Source of the DNA: Octopus sinensis
Taxonomy: Eukaryota
Length of the DNA stretch: 64,000 nt
Reading direction: 5' to 3'
NCBI RefSeq assembly: GCF_006345805.1
Contig: NC_042998.1
Span: 174,406,001 to 174,470,000, forward strand
In this document: positions 58,690 to 64,000 of the stretch, one piece after another
How the letters are laid out: every line of letters begins with the position of its first letter
How positions within the stretch are numbered: the stretch's first letter is position 1
Translations under genes and position numbers: made by a program
The notes under the pieces: model-generated
What the model saw: the letters and a program-made list of their open reading frames with translations, nothing else
Told to the model about the DNA's origin: nothing
Databases searched by the model: none

Positions 58690-59056
58690 ATATACATACA
58701 TGCATACATACATAAATACATACATACATGCATACATAAATACACATATACATAACACAGGTGTTATGTATAAGTGTGTGACTACATACATACATGCATA
58801 CATACATAAATACATATATACATACATACATACATGCATGCATGCATGCATACATACATACATACATACATACATGCATACATACATGCATGCATGCATA
58901 CATACATGCATACATACATGCATGCATGCATACATACATGCATACATACATACATACATACATACATGCATGCATACATACATTCATACATACATACATA
59001 CATACATACATACATACATACATACATACATACATACATACATACATACATACATA
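58690..59056. repeat. (CATA/CATG)n microsatellite
   Basis: Direct reading; source of the MYVC/HTYI ORFs. Confidence 0.95.
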
Positions 59057-59057
59057 C

Positions 59058-59238
59058 AAGCAGTGCCAGTATCATACCAACATTTGGGCTGCTTGATTGG
59101 ACGCTTGATGAGATCCGAGCCATTTATGTGAAAACCCGAAAAATACTAACAAGTACACATAATTTCCACATAAACAGTGACGTAGACCGCCTCAACCTAA
59201 AACGAAAACAAGGCGGCAGAGGCTTAACATCGATCTAA
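59058..59238 (+). pseudogene. R4/Dong LINE fragment
   Basis: FGLLDWTLDEIRAIYVKTRKIL...SDVDRLNLKRKQGGRGL aligns with ADVDRLYLPRAQGGRGL. Confidence 0.8.
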
Positions 59239-59729
59239 AATTCCTTCGAAAACATCTTTTAACCACCAATTACTAAACTGTTCCTTATTTAGCAATGAAA
59301 AATCATTTCGACAATTTCTAGTTGCATAATTTTGATTGCCGGGTCTTTATATTGGATGTAAATAGTAAAATAGTTTTATATAATCCAGACCAGAAGAAAG
59401 TGGGATTTGTTTGTAGTTTTTAAAGGAAACGTTAAACGTGCCCTAAAAAAACATGGCCTTCCCCTCCAACTGAAAGATATGAGGAACTATGAAAGAAGGC
59501 GAATAAGTACCGGAGATGGGGGAAAGAAGAAAGAACTAACAGTAGATTGTTTTAGAAGTCCCAGAATGAAAACGTAAACATCTGAAAGACTTCCATCTAT
59601 TCATTACTAAATGTCTTTTCAGAAAAGATTGATCGTATTTCAGTCTAATTGTCATTTTAAATGACTGAGACATTCCTTTCTTTGTCTCTATCTATTAACT
59701 CCATTTGTCAACGGTTCAGAGAGTAAAGA

Positions 59730-60048
59730 GAGAGTGCGTGGCTCAGTGGCTGGAGGTATTCGGCTCACAATCGTAAAGTCATGAGTACTATTTCGGGCGG
59801 CGTGCTGTATTCTTGAGCAAGGTACAATACTTCACCTTGCTGCAGTCCACTCAGCTGGCAAAAATAAGTTGTAGCTGTAATTCAAAGGGGCCAGCCTTGT
59901 CACATTGTGTGGGGCTGAATCCCCTTGAGAACTATGTTATGGTATGTATGTCTGTGGACTACTCAGCCACTAGCGCGTTACTTTTACGAGTAGACTGTTT
60001 CGTTGATCAGATAAACAAGAACCTCGGCGTCGTAACCGATGGAGAGCT
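59730..60048 (+). mobile_element. tRNA-derived SINE (head B + tail Y); second partial copy at 60362-60540
   Basis: Head/core as in 48773-49017, tail as in 50352-50530. Confidence 0.75.
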
Positions 60049-60609
60049 ATTTTTTTTAAGGAGTGAAAGACAAGGAAATGTTCCATATCGTAAGGCAAAA
60101 ATGTTGTTTAGTATAAGCAGTGAAAGCTAAAATGAAATAATTGTTATTACTGTCGTGTAGTGACTTCGCCCTGGACTTACGCTCAGTTTGATAACAGCAG
60201 CCTGCGCATCGTTGTTTATCTGGGGGCTTAGCCTCCAGATATGTGGGACCTACAAATGCCGCTGTTAGGACCGGATTAACACCCACAGTGACTCTAATGA
60301 CTAAAAAGATTTTCCTGCCCCTATATAGGATCTTGTTTTCTTTTTCTTCCAACCACTTGAAAGTTTATCTTGCTCCAATCCATTCAGCTGGCCAAAATTA
60401 GTTGTAGCTGTAACTGAAAGGGGCCAGCCTTGTCATATTCTGTGTGAGGTTGAATCTCCCTGGGATCTATGTTAATGGTATGCATGTCTGTGGAGTACTC
60501 AGTCACTTGCGAGTTAATTTTATCCTCGTGTGGTAATGATAAGTGAAAGTGACATCCAATATTTGCAGTATTAACAATGTGTCTATGTATTTGTGTATCA
60601 GAATTTCTT

Positions 60610-60839
60610 ATTTCTTTATTGCCCACAAGAGGCTAAACGTAGAGGGGACAAACAAGGACACACAAAGGGATTAAGTCGATTACATCGACTCCAGTACGTA
60701 CATGGTACTTATTTAATCGGCCTCGAAAGGATGAAAGGCAAAGTCGACCTCGGTGGAATTTTAACACAGAACGTAACGGCAGACGAAATACGGCTAAGCA
60801 TTTCGCCCGGCATGCTAACGTTTCTGCCAGCTTGCCGCC
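60610..60839 (-). mobile_element. Monomeric family M SINE with type-2 tail
   Basis: Minus strand ends gtttagcctcttgtgggcaataaagaaataag. Confidence 0.88.
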
Positions 60840-61146
60840 AAATGTATCAACTTTTCTTTCGATCTATGTACCTACTGTCTGTCTCACTTTTTCTCTTTCT
60901 CTCTCACTTCCTCTGTGTCACTCTTCACTCCCGCTTTTAATTTAACAATGTCTGTATGCATCTATGTATTTACTTTTCTTTCGATCTATGTATCTACTTT
61001 TCTTTTGGTCTGTGTATCTACTTTTGTTTCGATGTATACATCAGTCTAACTGTAAAAAGTAACAGTAACATCCTCAGCTATCTGCTCAGACAGAGACAGA
61101 TAGACAGAGTGTGTTGGAGAGAGAGGCAAACACACAGAATAACTGT

Positions 61147-61154
<8 letters not shown>

Positions 61155-61222
<68 letters not shown>

Positions 61223-61244
61223 AGATAGATAGAGAGAGAGGGAG

Positions 61245-61309
<65 letters not shown>

Positions 61310-61310
61310 T
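61155..61310. repeat. (CAGA)n-(GATA)n microsatellite
   Basis: Direct reading. Confidence 0.95.
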
Positions 61311-61357
61311 TCATGTATGTATTTAGAAATATATAGACAAGCAAATGCACTATAGTG

Positions 61358-61392
<35 letters not shown>

Positions 61393-61399
61393 CTGTGGT

Positions 61400-62390
61400 C
61401 GCTGTTTGTAAGACGTAGTTGGCCGAATGGCACCGTGAGTGTCGCCATGCTCTCCAGCAGCTCTGCCATCAGGGTTCAAACTTGTAAGATTTCAATTCGA
61501 CCAAGGCGTTCTGTAGAAGATTAGTGGAGGGGAGGTCCGACGACGTTCTTGGGGAGACTCTGGGCGTCGACAGGGAATACCTAACTCTTCTTTTCGAGAC
61601 CATTTTCGGACCAGGACCTATGGACAATTTTCAGAGATCCCTGGTCTGGAAGTGCTGTTGGGGAGCATTACTTGTTCGAGATAAGGTCTACAGACACGGA
61701 TCAAGAAACACCAAACTGACTTGCTCGAGATGCGGTCACAACGTCGAAACCGTTCTGCAATGTCCAAATATTTCAGACCAGTGGGCTTATGTCGAACAGC
61801 TGCTGTCAGGTGTGGGACGAGTCCAGTTGTCAGCCGACTTTATCGTAAATATTGCCCCGCCACCTTCCTTTAACCGGGAAGGCAAGGCAGTTTTCATCGT
61901 ACTGGCTATGGCGAAAGAATGTGTATGGTGGACTTGCTTGAAAGGTTTAGCGACAGATGCTTTCCTCTCTGGCAAACCTCTCATCAACTTTTTCAAGTAT
62001 TACTTGAAATGGAAGATGAGAGTAGAGAGGGAAGTTTTGTCTAATGAAAAATTCAATAAAAGTGGGTGAATGTAGCAAGGATGGTACGCATCAATAAAGG
62101 ACTTACTTTGAGCACGAACCTATAATATCAAATGTCTAAGGGCGCTTTGCTCTCATGGTTTTTTCTGAGGTTACCGTGGTACTTTTCGTGGGTTTTTTTT
62201 TCTTTCCACGAATAACCCTAGTCAGTGTTTTATTTGCATCCCACTTTTGGGGATTTCATTTGTTCAAATAACACTTTATTATCCTTTGTGTACAAAGCCT
62301 TTTCGATCCCTATTGATCAGTTTTGAAAAAAATTCTACATTGTATTGTTCCCTCTGTGTTCGGCCCTGCGTAGTTTTATAAATAAATCCA
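61400..62390 (+). mobile_element. L1/Tx1-like LINE 3' fragment
   Basis: ORF 61524-62069: LVWKCCWGALLVRDKVYRHG..CSRC...QCPNISDQWAYVEQLL...KECVWW; the 3' end ttgttccctctgtgttcggccctg is at 62345. Confidence 0.85.
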
Positions 62391-62809
62391 TGCATCTACC
62401 TACTTACCTGTCTCTCTCTCCCTACCTCCCACTTTCTCTCCTCACTCTTTCTCTCTCGCTCTCTTCCTCTATCTATCTATCTATCTATCTGTCTACCTAC
62501 TTGCCTGGCTCAATTATGAGACACACATATCATTATTTCTCTCTTGTCGTGTCTATGTATTTATTTATGGGTGCTGATTTTTTTCCTGTCAATTACTCTC
62601 AATAACTTCTTGTCCTTTCTTCATTTAATTTGAAAAGTAACCCACTTTTTCATCCCTTTATCTCCAACCAGTCATCTTCATTCTGACCTTTCTGTCAATT
62701 TTTTCATCAATCATTTCCATTCTGTACTTTCCAAGCTTTTACCATATTTTTAGCGTCGTTACACACACACACACACACACACATACACATGTTCATAGAT
62801 ATATATATA

Positions 62810-62880
<71 letters not shown>

Positions 62881-63230
62881 ATATATTATATATATATATA
62901 TAATTTTTACATCAGTTGAATAATAGTTACTCACTGCTAACATTCTGATTTAGTTCCAGTATTCATTTCATTGGCTTCTCTTCACATTTCACTACTTCAC
63001 TGCCTCTGTTTGTGTTAGCAATGTTTGCCATCAGTTGCGAGGTAGGCAACGAGAATTTACTCTTTTCCTCATATTGTTAGTGATGATTTTAACTTCGATA
63101 CAGGTATTTATTTTGCACGCGTTTGTCACTGGAATGTGGTCTTGCTGGGACACTAACTTTAAAGGCTTTATTCAATTACATGCTTTAATAGTATCCTCCT
63201 CCCTCCCTCCTTTCCCCCCTTCCCGTTGTC

Positions 63231-63721
63231 TGTGTCCGATTAGTATTTGCGAGGGGAGGTCATCGGATACGGAATGTGTGTCGTTACTCAGCTGGAAGAG
63301 ATATCTTCCTGGGGCTATAAACGTCAGTAGCACTGTTCTGTAAAGAACGCCACACTTGGTTGACAAATATATGTTTCGATTCCGTATTGTTACTGTTTAT
63401 ATCTCGCTCAGAGATTTAATATAGCTTATTTCTCCTTTTTCGAGATCAACGACAAACTGTCGCTGAAAAAAAGCATATAGTATTTTGTGAGTTGAGTAAG
63501 TTTTCAACACTAGCTGGTGATTAACACATGCTGAGGACGGGCAGCCACCCAGAAACTCGAGTCCATGTGTATCACGTAAGGCTAGGGATGGGAACGATGA
63601 TCTCCCCTCGCAAATACTAATCGGACACAGAATGTATGTGTTAGCCAGCTGGAAGAGATGTCTTCCTGGGGCTATAAACGTCTGTAGTACTCTCCCGTAT
63701 AGGACGCCAAACTTCGTTAGC
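63231..63721 (+). repeat. ~130-bp imperfect direct repeat (63231-63364, 63595-63721) with an inverted internal segment
   Basis: cagctggaagagat.tcttcctggggctataaacgtc is present in both copies. Confidence 0.85.
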
Positions 63722-63725
63722 TATT

Positions 63726-63777
<52 letters not shown>

Positions 63778-63779
<2 letters not shown>

Positions 63780-63980
63780 TCCAAACATGAAAGCACAAAA
63801 AAACACAGCAACGCGAGGACGTGGAACAACTATAGTATTATTGGACGCTCAGGAAAGAAGGAAAGAAGGAGGGTTTAACGTTTCGAGCGGAGCTCTTCGT
63901 CGGAAACATAGGAGAAGGAAAGATCCAGAGAAGGGAAGACAGAGGGAAAAAAATCGCCAACGGTACACACGCGTCACAGT
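63778..63980 (-). mobile_element. Penelope-like pseudo-LTR fragment beside (TA)n
   Basis: Carries a minimal hammerhead-like motif; no ORF in the window, so the assignment rests on the motif alone. Confidence 0.5.
63873..63907 (-). ncRNA. Minimal hammerhead-like motif (variant core)
   Basis: Minus strand GUUU-CCGACGA-A-GAGC-UCC-GCUC-GAAA-CGU-U-AAAC: stem I GUUU/AAAC, stem II GAGC/GCUC, palindromic ACGU stem III; the core has C at the U4 position. Confidence 0.6.
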
Positions 63981-64000
63981 CATCTATTCTCACCAGGTAT

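Overview
This is AT-rich, microsatellite-dense animal DNA made up almost entirely of transposable-element sequence. The SINE and LINE families look like those I associate with Octopus (coleoid cephalopod) genomes; that is recognition, not a database result. I could not support any host protein-coding gene, only weak exon candidates. Main contents: (1) a cluster of R4/Dong-type restriction-like-endonuclease LINEs lodged in (AAT)n/(AAG)n microsatellites, including an 809-aa RT+CCHC+RLE ORF at 13824-16253; (2) a young, complete 4.2-kb LTR retrotransposon on the minus strand (29731-33923, GGTGC target-site duplication) whose primer-binding site matches the 5' end, not the 3' end, of tRNA-Phe; (3) a ~544-bp tandem/inverted satellite (52636-55597) whose units carry a predicted type I hammerhead ribozyme (six copies), i.e. 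a retrozyme-like array, plus a second minimal hammerhead at 63873-63907; (4) several tRNA-derived SINE families, some in tandem arrays, whose 3' tails match CR1-like and L1/Tx1-like LINE fragments in the same window; (5) Tc1, mariner, MITE and Helitron remnants. The 2.2-5.9 kb duplication has an indel-dominated divergence suggestive of long-read assembly error, so single-base frameshifts elsewhere should be checked against reads.
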